DNA of 62,467 nucleotides, counting the filler. It is 6 parts of 6 records of this genome, joined end to end, with 100 filler letters (N's around TTAATTAATTAA, not from the genome) between each part and the next. Parts side by side here need not be neighbours in the genome. Positions count along the whole stretch, not along the records: positions 50,074 to 57,066 come from SRR31156797_5047; positions 57,167 to 62,467 come from SRR31156797_5052; 4 more parts are not named here. One strand, written 5' to 3'. The number at the start of each line of letters is the position of its first letter. Within the stretch, counting starts at the first letter, position 1. Positions 50,074-60,365 of this stretch are shown piece by piece. The notes beneath the pieces were generated by a model that saw only the letters and a program-made list of their open reading frames with translations, made no database searches and had not been told where the DNA came from. The position numbers and the translations under genes are program-made.

Positions 50074-51261
50074 AACCACAGCACTGTAGCTCAGCAGCAT
50101 TGGGGCAACACCGATCGTCTGGCTCAGGCGGATACGCACCGGATTCCGGGTTTGGGCAACAACTGGTTTGGGTGCTTCCCGCTCTGGCGTTACCTTCTGA
50201 AGGGGGGCAGTTTCGGGTTCTGCAGGTGGTGGGGTTGTTTCTTTTTTCTTTGGCGTAATCCGGATCGGCCTGGCGGGAACAGTAGGTTTTTCCAGCTCTG
50301 CAGGAGCTTTGGTTTCAGAATCCACTGCAGGTGTTTCCCGACGCTGCGGTTCAATGGGTTCGGGGGCGGTATTGTTCGCTGATGCGAGCATCTGCCTTTT
50401 TTCGCTTGCAGAAATCGGAACCTCAGTGACCTGCAGACGGGTTAATTCTTCAGGAGGTGTTTTCGCTTCGGCATTGCAGGTTCGTGCGAAAAACTGGGCT
50501 GCGACGCTGGGGGTCCGTTCATGACCCAGGCCGCTGAGCATATAGAGTTTGGGCTGGAACCCGCGTTTGGCATACCATTGGGCGCCTTCCTTCGATTCAC
50601 GGGCACAGACACCGAGGTCATTCTCCGTGAAGAAGATCGCGATTGGATGGTTTCGGTATTGTGAGACGTTTTTTTCATCGAGAATCGATGAAGAGAAGTT
50701 CGATTGCCGTACCGCCAGGCAGGAGAACCAGTCCGGATGGCGGTTCAGCATGAAGTGAGCGACGTACCCGCCGGATGAAAAGCTTGTCGCCAGAACGTTA
50801 TTCGGGTCCATGTCTGTGGTAGACGACAGGTGCTCCATAATGGCCAGAACATCCCGTTCATCCGCTTTGAGGGACGAAGTTACGTTCCGGAACGGGAATT
50901 CGTGCATCAGGGCAGCGGATCTGAGTACTGGAGCAATGACAATAAAGCCATAGCGGTCAGCTTCTTCCTGCCATTCGCGGATCTGGGGTCCAGCACTGTC
51001 GAATGGCTTCATCCCGTGGAACGTTACCACGAGGGGCCATTTCCTGTCTGTGAGTTGGGATCGATCTTTCTGGCGGACATAATCTTCGGGAAGGTAGAGA
51101 TTATAAACAGCGCCAGTAGTCGGCTCGGTCTTCATCATGACCATGCCTTTGCCAGGTCGTTGCCCGACATGACAGCCACTGCAGAAGAGAATGCAACTCA
51201 GAATAGCAAATACGGAAAAACGATACTTATTCACGCGAGTCAATTTGACTCCTTTCAGCAC
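50074..51261 (-). CDS. Secreted/lipoprotein alpha/beta hydrolase (PHB-depolymerase-like esterase) with Pro-rich linker, 3'-truncated
   Basis: YNLYLP.DY, WPLVVTFHG, GFIVIAP, SFSSGG nucleophile, END, GH. Runs into the spacer. Confidence 0.75.
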
Positions 51262-51532
51262 AACCTGGCTCCATCCCCGATGATGAGCTTATTTTCGACT
51301 ACCAATGGAGAATCGGAATATTCTAGCGAGCACCATCAGGATACTCCAGATGCGGAAATCCCGAAACACCGCTGTATATACGCGTCTTCCGATCGAATCG
51401 ATTATGAGCTATAATCCTGCACCGGAAAGACTTATGTCTTTCTTTGATCTCAGGCAGGCTGTTGTGGAATCCTGGTCTGAAACGAAACGCATCTTCTTTT
51501 TCGGGTGATATCCGTAGTCCTGGAAAGCTCTT

Positions 51533-51844
51533 ATGGTGACAATCGTTCAACTGGCGTCTTTCTCGGATTTAACCGGTGGGGATATTTTTGACGGGTATCG
51601 CTTCGTTCTGGCGGTGATCGTGAGTACGTATACAACCATTCGGTTGATTCAATTCATCTGGCGATGGCAGTCCTCTGAAAGTCAGGCGAACCGACCTGAA
51701 GTGATGTTTCGCCGATATCTTGTTTCAATTCTTCTGCGGACGCGATTTCGCAGGTTCTGGCCAGATTTTACGCAGATTTTTGTATTGTTGCTGATTTTTG
51801 TTTCGCTTCTGGCGTTGCATTTGAGGATTCGCGGTGGGGTTTGA
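51533..51844 (+). CDS. Small membrane protein
   Basis: 103 aa with two hydrophobic helices, filling the gap between larger genes. Confidence 0.55.
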   Translation: MVTIVQLASFSDLTGGDIFDGYRFVLAVIVSTYTTIRLIQFIWRWQSSESQANRPEVMFRRYLVSILLRTRFRRFWPDFTQIFVLLLIFVSLLALHLRIRGGV

Positions 51845-51848
51845 TGGA

Positions 51849-52868
51849 TTATGCAACCATGTTCAGCGTCGAGCGGATGCTCATGCCGTACCGGGAGGTG
51901 GCATTCTGATAGGCGCTGATGGCGGAAGAGTTCGCCTGGTTGAGCTGAATCCCTGCTTCAAACGGGGATTGTTTTGCATCCTGCTGCCCCTGCTTATTCA
52001 TTGATTTCATGGTTTCTTCCATGATTCCCTGAACGCCTTGGGGCTCGTTCTGTTCGTTTTCTGCTTCTTTTGCACCCGATGGTGAGGATGCTGCTTCCGG
52101 TTTATCCGGCGACTGGCTGCCTTGTGATGGACCCACTTCATTCGTTGAGTCGGTTGGGCTACCGTTTTCTTCCTGGCGCTGCTGACGGAGTTCCGCTTGT
52201 GCCTTTGCCTGGGCTGCTCGTGCCTGTGAAGCGACCTGGCGGTCTTGAGAAGACGGTTCTGCAGGAGCCATTGCTGCCCGCTGAATCTGCTGCATCTTGC
52301 GGATCGTTGCTTCGGGATTGCCTTCTACAGCCGAAGTGTCGATCTGAACTTCACCGCCTACTGCGTAGCGTTTTCCGTCCGGGCCGGTCTGGAATTCGTA
52401 GGAGGCTCCACCTTTGGTGATTCCACCTCCCGAAGACAGGTGTGCCTGCTCGTGTTGACGGACTTCCTGATCCCGCTGTTTGAGCTTATCAATTTCCGCC
52501 TGTTCTTCTTCGGTCAGTTCCTGCCCCTGGGTGTTCTTTTCCGCTGAAGCGGTTTCAACTGCAGGGTTGGTATCAGAGGCGGATTGTGGAGCTGATGGTT
52601 TTTGCTGGTCGGTTTTGTCGTTCGGTTTCGGTCTGGCGGAGGAGTTCGCCGCTTGTAAAGGATTGATTAACCCCGCTTTTTCCGCAGCCTGGCGTCCAGA
52701 AGTGGAGATTTCGACGGTATCTTCATCCTGGGATTGACCATGGGTATGCTCAGGGAGATGGGCCGGTCCGACCGTCTCCTGGGTGCCGCGCATGGGGGAC
52801 GAAGGGCGAAGGACGCCCGGTCCGAATGCTGCCGCAATCCACTGCATGTCCGAAACACCGCCTACCAT
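51849..52868 (-). CDS. SprA-related family protein (putative metalloprotease)
   Basis: LKQRDQEVRQHEQAH...GPDGKRYAVGGEVQID...AA.APAEPSSQDRQVA. Confidence 0.9.
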   Translation of the reverse strand: MVGGVSDMQWIAAAFGPGVLRPSSPMRGTQETVGPAHLPEHTHGQSQDEDTVEISTSGRQAAEKAGLINPLQAANSSARPKPNDKTDQQKPSAPQSASDTNPAVETASAEKNTQGQELTEEEQAEIDKLKQRDQEVRQHEQAHLSSGGGITKGGASYEFQTGPDGKRYAVGGEVQIDTSAVEGNPEATIRKMQQIQRAAMAPAEPSSQDRQVASQARAAQAKAQAELRQQRQEENGSPTDSTNEVGPSQGSQSPDKPEAASSPSGAKEAENEQNEPQGVQGIMEETMKSMNKQGQQDAKQSPFEAGIQLNQANSSAISAYQNATSRYGMSIRSTLNMVA

Positions 52869-53033
52869 GGCTCAATCTCCGTCAGAACCCTTCTGAGGGT
52901 ATCTACAGGAGTCATCGTCCCGACTATACTTCGACTTAAGGATACAATATATTCTTACACGAGTCGGAAGACCGATAATGTATCGCCTGGTGGTTTTATG
53001 GGGGCGATTCGCTATACACACTGACAGGAGTCC

Positions 53034-54191
53034 ATGCTCATGGGTTATCGCTACATCGTTTTCGGGGCAGGCAGGCAGGGGACCTGCGCGATTTATGACC
53101 TCATCCAGAACTGCGAAGCGGAATCGATCCACGTGGTCGATCCGGATGCGGCTGCGTTGAAGGTTGCGAAAGATCGCCTCGAGACTCTGCTATCGGGTCA
53201 TGCCGGGTTCGATATTACGTATGCCGAGACGGCAACCCCGGACGATCTGTCGGGTGCTGCCGTGGCGTTGAGTTGTGCGCCGTATCGCGTGAACGCGGAT
53301 TTGACGGAATTGTCGTTGAAGGCGAACGTGCCGTTCTGCGATCTTGGTGGTAATCCGAATATCGTTGCGAAGCAACAGTTGATCTCGAACGAATCGTGCA
53401 AGGATATTCCGGTTGTGCCGGACTGTGGTATTTCTCCGGGGTTGTCGAACATCCTGGCGGTGCACCTGGCGATTCATGAGCGGACGGATCGGATTCGCGT
53501 TCGCTGTGGTGGAATACCCGTAACCGAGAAAGCCGTCAAGAATGAACTCAAATACCAGATCGTTTTCAGCCCGGAAGGACTGCTGAGTGAGTACTCCGGT
53601 GATGTGCCAGTGATTCGCGATGGGAAAGTGACGACGATTCCTGCTCTGTCCTGCGTTGAACCGTTTGATGGTGGCAGGTACGAAGCGGCACCGACGTCGA
53701 ACAATTCACCCCAGGTGGTGGATTACCTGCTGAGCATCGGCGTCCGTGAATACGATTACATGACTCTTCGCTACCCGGGACACTGGTCAATTGCCAGGGG
53801 ATGGCAGAAAGACGGGAGTCTTGGCAAGGATGTAAAGAAAAGAGCTGAGCTGGCAAAGAAGCTCGGTGATGACACGTCGCTTCAGTATGATCCTGAAAAA
53901 CATCGGGACCGCTTGATTCTTTCGCTGGAAGGGACAAAGCCCGGACTGGGTTCGTCTGATGATTTCCGTACCACGGTTGGATTCAAGATTGACCTGGAAG
54001 CGGATCGGATTACGAAGTTCTCCGCGATGGAAATGCTGACGGCCTGGGGGATTACCATTGTGGCGTATTCGCTTGCCAAGAATGCGGGCAGCATGGTGAA
54101 TCCGCATGGTTTCGCAACGCCGGAGAGGTTCATGGATACCGAGTGGACAATCCAGGAACTTGCCCGTCGGATTTCCTGCGTAGCAAGGTAA
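53034..54191 (+). CDS. Saccharopine dehydrogenase-family protein
   Basis: GAGRQG, FCDLGG, DCGISPGLSN, CGG.P, TLRYPGH. Confidence 0.88.
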   Translation: MLMGYRYIVFGAGRQGTCAIYDLIQNCEAESIHVVDPDAAALKVAKDRLETLLSGHAGFDITYAETATPDDLSGAAVALSCAPYRVNADLTELSLKANVPFCDLGGNPNIVAKQQLISNESCKDIPVVPDCGISPGLSNILAVHLAIHERTDRIRVRCGGIPVTEKAVKNELKYQIVFSPEGLLSEYSGDVPVIRDGKVTTIPALSCVEPFDGGRYEAAPTSNNSPQVVDYLLSIGVREYDYMTLRYPGHWSIARGWQKDGSLGKDVKKRAELAKKLGDDTSLQYDPEKHRDRLILSLEGTKPGLGSSDDFRTTVGFKIDLEADRITKFSAMEMLTAWGITIVAYSLAKNAGSMVNPHGFATPERFMDTEWTIQELARRISCVAR

Positions 54192-54210
54192 AAAAGAAAA
54201 GACAGATTGA

Positions 54211-54252
54211 AAAAAGAGCCCCCGGCACTTATGAAAATGCCGGGGGTTCTTT
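54211..54252. terminator. Bidirectional terminator
   Basis: AAAGAGCCCCCGGCA-10nt-TGCCGGGGGTTCTTT between convergent genes. Confidence 0.75.
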
Positions 54253-54284
54253 GTATTGCTTCATATTGTTGTTTTACTTTCGAT

Positions 54285-57065
54285 TTACCTTCTTCGTTTC
54301 ATGGCGATCATACCGACGAGCAGCATTGTAAGGTGTATAAAACCTAAAATCCCGCATGCCCCAGTGTTCGTTGCAGGAGTTGGGTGTTGTTCTGCTGGGG
54401 CAGTGTTGTCGTTCTCTGTGTTTTCATTGACATTGCTGTTTTCCGTGTTGCTGTTAGTGTTCTCGTTAGAGTTGCAGTCGGAACTGTTGTCGTTGGGGTC
54501 AGTGTCCGGATTCGAGGGGTTGCTGGGTTCGTCAGGATTTTTGTCATCAATGGATCCGATGATAAAGGTTCCAAGTTCTGCCACTTCTGCCCACACCTGT
54601 TTTTGGTCTGTGGTGATACCGTAGTCGCCAAGTTGCCCAGTAGGAGCCAAGTCGCCGACGTCATTTGTGCCTGCTGTTTCGAATTTATCTGTACTCTTGT
54701 TGTGGGCAAACAGTCGTAGAGATTCTTCATTTGCTCCAGCATTCGCTATGTCTTCATTCGTGTAGGACGCTGAGATTGTAATCACCTCGTCTTCATCCGG
54801 TTCGTCTACATCAAAAGTGACTGATTGAAAGAGAGCAGAATTAAAAATGGACTCGTCCGTCGCTTCAGGCTGAATCGTGAAGGCAACACTGGTGTTGCTC
54901 CTGTTGTATTCAATGTGTAAATCGGGAACAGATGGGTTGTCGGATTCGAGTTCGAGGTTAATCAGGTTGGTGAGTGTCGTTTGGATTTCACAGTAGGGAT
55001 TGGTGAATGTCTTTGCGAAATTCAAGCCGAGGCTTATGCCATTATTGCATGCAAATGATGTTTCCAGATCGCCATTGCTGCGTCTTGTGAAATAGGCGTG
55101 CCTGGCGATTTCGCTTCTTGGACCACTGATAATGATTTCCGCTGTTTCATTTTTTGAATCGTAGATGATCGTGATGATATTATTGCTTAATGTCAATTCC
55201 GTTTGAGGAGGGTTAGAGGAATTCTCTTCTTCGATGATGATCTCGAAAAGTTGACTGATGGTTACTGACCCCAGCTGGTATACATGCCTTCCATTCTCAT
55301 TAATGTGAAGAGTGAAGACCGGTTGGTCCGGGATTCGATCGCCAGAGTATGCGAAATTCGATACGACAGTACCATCCGGGTCCGTAACAGAAATGCGAGT
55401 ACCGTTACCCTGGTTGAATTTAATCGTGAAGCCTGAACCCGGTTCTGCTTCAGCGATGCTCAGTTCGACAAGGATGTCTTCAGTCGAGTTCAGTACGGTT
55501 ACCGTCGGCTTTTCAGTACCGGGATCGATGTCAAGAATGACCTGTGTGCCGGCTTGAGCGTTTTCCACGATGGCAAATGCTTCGTCAATCTGCACCTTTG
55601 CGTAACCATCCTCATCGACGAAGGATGTGTCATGTGCTGGTGCCTGTTCAGTGTCGTTGCTTTCTGTTGCCTCTCCGTCTCCATCGTCAATATCTTCTTC
55701 TGGAGTGGTTTCAGCCGTAATAAACGATTTCTGGTTTCCATACGCAGTCCCGGCAGAACTTGTTGCATATGCCCGTACGTAATAGTGGGTTCCCGGGTTC
55801 AGATTGGTCAGGTTGGACGAATACGTTCCGATCCCTGATCCATTGACAGTTCTGAAATCTGCCGTTGTCGGAGTGCCAGAAAAATTCCAGCAAACTCCTC
55901 TTTCCGTAATAGCTGAACCCCCATCTGAAGTGATCGTACCGCCTCCCGTGGCATCGGTTGTCGTGATGTCTGTGACCACTGTTGTTGATACGGTAGGAAG
56001 TGAGGTCAATGTCGTAAAAACATCCTGGCAGCCATAAGAGGTGCCCCCATTATTGATTGCGTACGCCCGGACGAAATAGGTTGTACCCGGTGAAAGATTC
56101 GTTAGTTGGCTTGAGTACGTTCCGGTCCCGGTACCATTGGTCGTGATGTTGTCACTGATGGTTGGTATGCCTGCAGTGTTCCAGCAGACTCCTCTTTTTG
56201 TGATTTCCGCTCCGCCATCGTTGGTTACATTGCCTCCGCTTGTTGCTTCAGTCATGGTGATCTGAGTTGTTGTAACGGTAGCTACTGACGCGAGCGATGC
56301 AGTAGAAGAACGATAGGCGCGTCCATTATCGATTGGAGCGATGAAGTGAAGGCCATTTGCAGAGCAGCTCAGTCCGCTCCAGGAGTGAGTTGCATCTCCT
56401 TCCGGTTGTATTTCGGTCCAGGCGGTTCCACTATCGGTGGTTACGAATAGTCGCCCCGGATTTGCAGCGACGGCCATAATCTGGCCATCGTCGCTCATGG
56501 TTGCGTTTTTCCAGTTCTTGTTTGTTCCTCCTGCTGGTTGAATCTCTTCCCAGGAAAGCCCCTGGTTTTTGGAAAGATATGTCCTGCCTCCATTTGCGCA
56601 GGCAAGCAACAGCATTCCGTTGGTATTCATGGCTCCGCAATTCCACGGTTTTTTTCCAGGTCCGGCGGGTTCATGTTCCGTCCAGGTTGTTCCTCCGTCC
56701 GTGGACGTGTAGAGCTTTCCCGGAAACGCGCCAGCCAGGAAGATCTGTCCGTCATCGGACACTTTGCAGAACTGCCATGGTTCGTCCTGGTCTCCTGTGG
56801 GTTGTAATTCTACCCAGCTGGAGCCACCATCGGTTGAATGATACAGCCTGCCCTTCTCCACGCCTGCGATCATGGTCAGACCATTGGCCGAAACATCGCC
56901 GCAATTCCATTGTAAGTTGGTATCGCCGGCAGGTTGACGCTGCGTCCATGTGCCGCCTCCATTCGACGAAGTCCATAGTCGCCCATTGTAATTGCCTGCC
57001 ATTACAATCGACGCATCGAAAGAGCATTCGAGAATTGTCCATGTCCCGTTTGTATCGCCAGCAGG
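54285..57065 (-). CDS. Large surface protein: BNR/Asp-box propeller, two FN3-like repeats, C-terminal Cys-TM-basic anchor; 5'-truncated
   Basis: S.DGG.TW repeats, two GGN/TIT.DGG...T.RGVCW...YYVRAYA units, end GACGILGFIHLTMLLVGMIAMKRRR. Frame is open to the contig edge. Confidence 0.85.
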   Translation of the reverse strand, partial: PAGDTNGTWTILECSFDASIVMAGNYNGRLWTSSNGGGTWTQRQPAGDTNLQWNCGDVSANGLTMIAGVEKGRLYHSTDGGSSWVELQPTGDQDEPWQFCKVSDDGQIFLAGAFPGKLYTSTDGGTTWTEHEPAGPGKKPWNCGAMNTNGMLLLACANGGRTYLSKNQGLSWEEIQPAGGTNKNWKNATMSDDGQIMAVAANPGRLFVTTDSGTAWTEIQPEGDATHSWSGLSCSANGLHFIAPIDNGRAYRSSTASLASVATVTTTQITMTEATSGGNVTNDGGAEITKRGVCWNTAGIPTISDNITTNGTGTGTYSSQLTNLSPGTTYFVRAYAINNGGTSYGCQDVFTTLTSLPTVSTTVVTDITTTDATGGGTITSDGGSAITERGVCWNFSGTPTTADFRTVNGSGIGTYSSNLTNLNPGTHYYVRAYATSSAGTAYGNQKSFITAETTPEEDIDDGDGEATESNDTEQAPAHDTSFVDEDGYAKVQIDEAFAIVENAQAGTQVILDIDPGTEKPTVTVLNSTEDILVELSIAEAEPGSGFTIKFNQGNGTRISVTDPDGTVVSNFAYSGDRIPDQPVFTLHINENGRHVYQLGSVTISQLFEIIIEEENSSNPPQTELTLSNNIITIIYDSKNETAEIIISGPRSEIARHAYFTRRSNGDLETSFACNNGISLGLNFAKTFTNPYCEIQTTLTNLINLELESDNPSVPDLHIEYNRSNTSVAFTIQPEATDESIFNSALFQSVTFDVDEPDEDEVITISASYTNEDIANAGANEESLRLFAHNKSTDKFETAGTNDVGDLAPTGQLGDYGITTDQKQVWAEVAELGTFIIGSIDDKNPDEPSNPSNPDTDPNDNSSDCNSNENTNSNTENSNVNENTENDNTAPAEQHPTPATNTGACGILGFIHLTMLLVGMIAMKRRR

Positions 57066-57066
57066 A

Positions 57067-57166
57067 NNNNNNNNNNNNNNNNNNNNNNNNNNNNNNNNNN
57101 NNNNNNNNNNTTAATTAATTAANNNNNNNNNNNNNNNNNNNNNNNNNNNNNNNNNNNNNNNNNNNN
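57067..57166. other. Artificial contig spacer
   Basis: N-run/TTAATTAATTAA/N-run. Confidence 0.98.
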
Positions 57167-57307
57167 GCATCTGCTTCGTTCCCGGGCAATTGAAGTTTCA
57201 GCATCGTACGTCTGCATGCCCGGCGCCTTGTACCTGCGGCACGCTGCAAACGCATTCCGGCTGGTGGTCTGCCGACCATTGGTCATTTCAACCCGCTGAA
57301 CGCTCAC
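57167..57307. repeat. Possible right part of a MITE/REP-like miniature element
   Basis: GC-rich non-coding stretch at the contig start ending GCTGAACGCTCAC, with an abrupt shift to AT-rich sequence. It resembles intergenic repeats I recall from Desulfobacterales; only one copy here. Confidence 0.35.
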
Positions 57308-57359
57308 AATAGCATTACGGAATATCAACCATTGTGTTTGCAAGGAAAAGGAGAAACGG

Positions 57360-58676
57360 ATGAGGCGGTTTATGAAGAGAAAAATGCGATCTGGTTTAAA
57401 TTTATTTCTTATTCTACTGCTTATTTTATTTTGTGGAGTATGGTTAATTTCTTGCGGGGAACAAGGAACGGACAAAGGGCTTGAAAAAAGAGTAAACCAA
57501 CTAACAGAAAGAGTTAACCAATTAACAAAGCAAGTGGAAACCCTAACAGAGCAAATTACCGCTTTGACGACGAAACAAAAAACACCAATTGTGGAAACAA
57601 AATTAAAGGCTGGTTTTGTCTATGTAGGCCCTGTGGGAGACTATGGATGGTCCCATGCCCATGACGTGGGAAGGCAGTTTGCGGAAGAAAAATTTCCATG
57701 GTTGGAAACGGTATTTATTGAATCTGTCGGGGAAGCGGATTCCGCAAGAATTATCGACCGCTTTATCCAGGAAGAAAAATGCGACGTGGTTTTCACGACC
57801 AGCTTTGGATACATGGACGATACCATCAAGGCTGGAATGAAATACCCGGATAAGCATTTTATGCACTGCTCAGGATTTAAACAGTCAAAAAATGTGGGAA
57901 CCTATTTTGCCGACCTCTACCAGACTTATTATTTAAATGGGCTTATGGCTGGAGCATTGTCCAAAACCAATAAAATTGGATATGTGGCTGCATTTCCCAT
58001 TCCAGAGTTGGTTCGTCATATTGATGCCTTTGCCCTTGGGATCAAAGAGGTAAACCCCGAAGCAGAAGTGCACGTCCGTTGGACCTACGCTTGGTACGGG
58101 CCGGACAAGGCCAGGGAAGCGGCAGAGGCCCTGATCACAGAAGGGTGTGATGCACTGGCCTTTACAGAAGATACACCCGCGGTTATTGAAGTCGGACAGG
58201 AGCATACGGAGAAAGGGAAGCAGATTTTTACTTTCAGCCACTACAGTCCCATGCAACCTTACGGAAAAGATTCTGTTGTTTCCGGGCAACTGGTGGACTG
58301 GGGAGTGATGTATGAAAAAATTCTGAAGGATCTTTATGATGGAACCTGGACCAATGAAGATCAGTGGTGGCTGGTCGCTGAAAAGGCTGCCCTCCTTGGA
58401 GGGTCCTTTGATGAGCCGATCAATCCGAAATTTATTGACGCTTTAAAAGCGGTACCCGTGGAATCCAAAGAATTTGGAAAACTTTCGGTTTACGATCTGG
58501 TTTTTAAACGATATGATCAGATGAAAAAAGGGACGGATGTTTTTGATCCTTTTACAGGACCCATTGCAGACAACACCGGAAAGCTTCAGATCAAAGAAGG
58601 TCAAAAGGCATCGAAAGGCGATTTATTAAGCATCATGTATTACGTCGAAAACGTAGTCGGCACGATTCCCAAATAG
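57360..58676 (+). CDS. BMP-family ABC substrate-binding lipoprotein (purine/nucleoside)
   Basis: AAGGAG RBS, LISC lipobox, KAGFVYVGPVGDYGWSHAHD.GR, TTSFGYMD, IGYVAAFPIPE. Confidence 0.92.
   Translation: MRRFMKRKMRSGLNLFLILLLILFCGVWLISCGEQGTDKGLEKRVNQLTERVNQLTKQVETLTEQITALTTKQKTPIVETKLKAGFVYVGPVGDYGWSHAHDVGRQFAEEKFPWLETVFIESVGEADSARIIDRFIQEEKCDVVFTTSFGYMDDTIKAGMKYPDKHFMHCSGFKQSKNVGTYFADLYQTYYLNGLMAGALSKTNKIGYVAAFPIPELVRHIDAFALGIKEVNPEAEVHVRWTYAWYGPDKAREAAEALITEGCDALAFTEDTPAVIEVGQEHTEKGKQIFTFSHYSPMQPYGKDSVVSGQLVDWGVMYEKILKDLYDGTWTNEDQWWLVAEKAALLGGSFDEPINPKFIDALKAVPVESKEFGKLSVYDLVFKRYDQMKKGTDVFDPFTGPIADNTGKLQIKEGQKASKGDLLSIMYYVENVVGTIPK
57487..57570 (+). repeat. Four degenerate 21-bp tandem units encoding heptads
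   Basis: AAAGAGTAAACCAACTAACAG / AAAGAGTTAACCAATTAACAA / AGCAAGTGGAAACCCTAACAG / AGCAAATTACCGCTTTGACGA. Confidence 0.7.
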
Positions 58677-58820
58677 AACCCTTCAGAAGAGGTTTAACCC
58701 AGAAGATGTAATTGTTTTGAATTCGATGAGGGGAGGATGTTCACTACTAGACAGACTCCCCTTTTTGCATGGTCGATTGGTCAACGCAAATTTTTCTACT
58801 TTTACTGGACAACAATTGGG

Positions 58821-60365
58821 ATGGAAAATTTCGAAAGCCTTGAGATGGTTGGAATTTCCAAATCATTTCAAGGTGTTAAAGCAAACACCGATATTCGGCT
58901 GAAAGTATCTTCAGGTGAAATTTTAGGGTTGTTAGGGGAGAATGGAGCTGGCAAGACAACCCTGATGAATATCCTATACGGGATCTACCAACCCGATGAG
59001 GGACAAATCAGGATCAATGATAAAAATGTTGTCATCGATTCTCCAAAAGCGTCCATCGAATTCGGCATTGGAATGGTTCACCAACATTTTATGTTGATCG
59101 AAAATCATTCAGTAATTGAAAATATTGCATTGGGCTATTCCCGCTCACCGGTGGTTTTTCCCCAAAAGAAAATACGCGACCAGATTGTCTCCTTTTCAGA
59201 AAAGTTCAATTTTAATGTAGACCCCGACAAAAAAGTTTGGCAGCTCTCAGCCGGCGAGCAACAACGGGTTGAAATTATCAAAGCACTAGTCAACGGAGCC
59301 AGACTTCTCATTCTTGATGAACCTACATCTGTACTAACGCCTCAAGAAACAAGGGATTTTTTCGAAATACTGGAAAGAATGAGACGCGATGGACAGATGA
59401 TTATTCTAATCAGCCATAAACTGGATGAAATTAAAAAACTGTGCGATCGAGTGACTGTCCTCCGAAAAGGAAGAGTTGTGGGGAATGCCGACACTGAAAA
59501 TCTGGATAAACGTGATTTAGCTCGAATGATGGTCGGTAGAGATGTGGTTTTTTCTTTCAAGAGAGAGACGTTGCCAAGAAAAGAGAAGGTTCTTGATGTG
59601 GTAGAGGTTGAAGTGATTGGGGACAAGGGATATCCTGTGGTCAACGGGGTTTCTTTTGACATTTATAAAAATGAAATTTTTGGAATTGCCGGTGTTTCCG
59701 GGAACGGCCAACGGGAACTGGTTGAGGCCATCACTGGGTTGAGAAGCGTAACCCGGGGAGGAATTTTTATAAACGATACTGAAATAACAAACCAATCCCC
59801 CCGGAGAATTCACAATACCGGTGTGTCACACGTACCGGAAGAGCGAATTCGGTTCGGCATCGCTCCAAATTTGTTTCTTTATGAAAACGCAATTCTTAAA
59901 CAGCATCACCAGAAAAAATTCTCACAACGGGCATTCCTGGCTTATGGTCGCATTAAGGACCATACACGAAAACTGATTGAAGATTTTCAGGTTGCCACCC
60001 CTTCTATCCATGTAAAAACAAAAAATCTTTCCGGCGGCAATATTCAAAAACTGATTCTCGGAAGAGAGATTTCAGATAAGCCGAATCTATTGGTCGCCTC
60101 GCATCCAACCTACGGTTTGGATGTGGGTGCAACGGAATACCTCCGTAATCAATTATTGAAACGCAGGGCAGACGGCGGCGCCGTTTTGCTGGTGTCGGAA
60201 GACCTGGACGAAATTTTCGAGTTGTGTGATAGAATTGCCGTAATTTTTCAAGGCAGATTTATGGGGGTTCTGGATGCAGATGATTCTCGCATCGCAGATA
60301 TTGGTTTGATGATGGCGGGTACAAAAAAGATCAAGAAAGAGAAGGGGGCGGATGCTTCAAATTAA
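58821..60365 (+). CDS. Nucleoside/sugar ABC transporter ATP-binding protein (double NBD)
   Basis: GENGAGKT, LSAGEQQ, LILDEPT, LSGGNIQK. Likely start ATG 58821. Confidence 0.93.
   Translation: MENFESLEMVGISKSFQGVKANTDIRLKVSSGEILGLLGENGAGKTTLMNILYGIYQPDEGQIRINDKNVVIDSPKASIEFGIGMVHQHFMLIENHSVIENIALGYSRSPVVFPQKKIRDQIVSFSEKFNFNVDPDKKVWQLSAGEQQRVEIIKALVNGARLLILDEPTSVLTPQETRDFFEILERMRRDGQMIILISHKLDEIKKLCDRVTVLRKGRVVGNADTENLDKRDLARMMVGRDVVFSFKRETLPRKEKVLDVVEVEVIGDKGYPVVNGVSFDIYKNEIFGIAGVSGNGQRELVEAITGLRSVTRGGIFINDTEITNQSPRRIHNTGVSHVPEERIRFGIAPNLFLYENAILKQHHQKKFSQRAFLAYGRIKDHTRKLIEDFQVATPSIHVKTKNLSGGNIQKLILGREISDKPNLLVASHPTYGLDVGATEYLRNQLLKRRADGGAVLLVSEDLDEIFELCDRIAVIFQGRFMGVLDADDSRIADIGLMMAGTKKIKKEKGADASN

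Noticed and set aside
10728-57166. Recurrent TTAATTAATTAA within N-runs (five times) and any gene linkage across them
   Set aside because: Identical 100-nt artificial joins. Composition and apparent taxonomy change at each, so cross-spacer neighbourhoods and ORFs containing X are meaningless.
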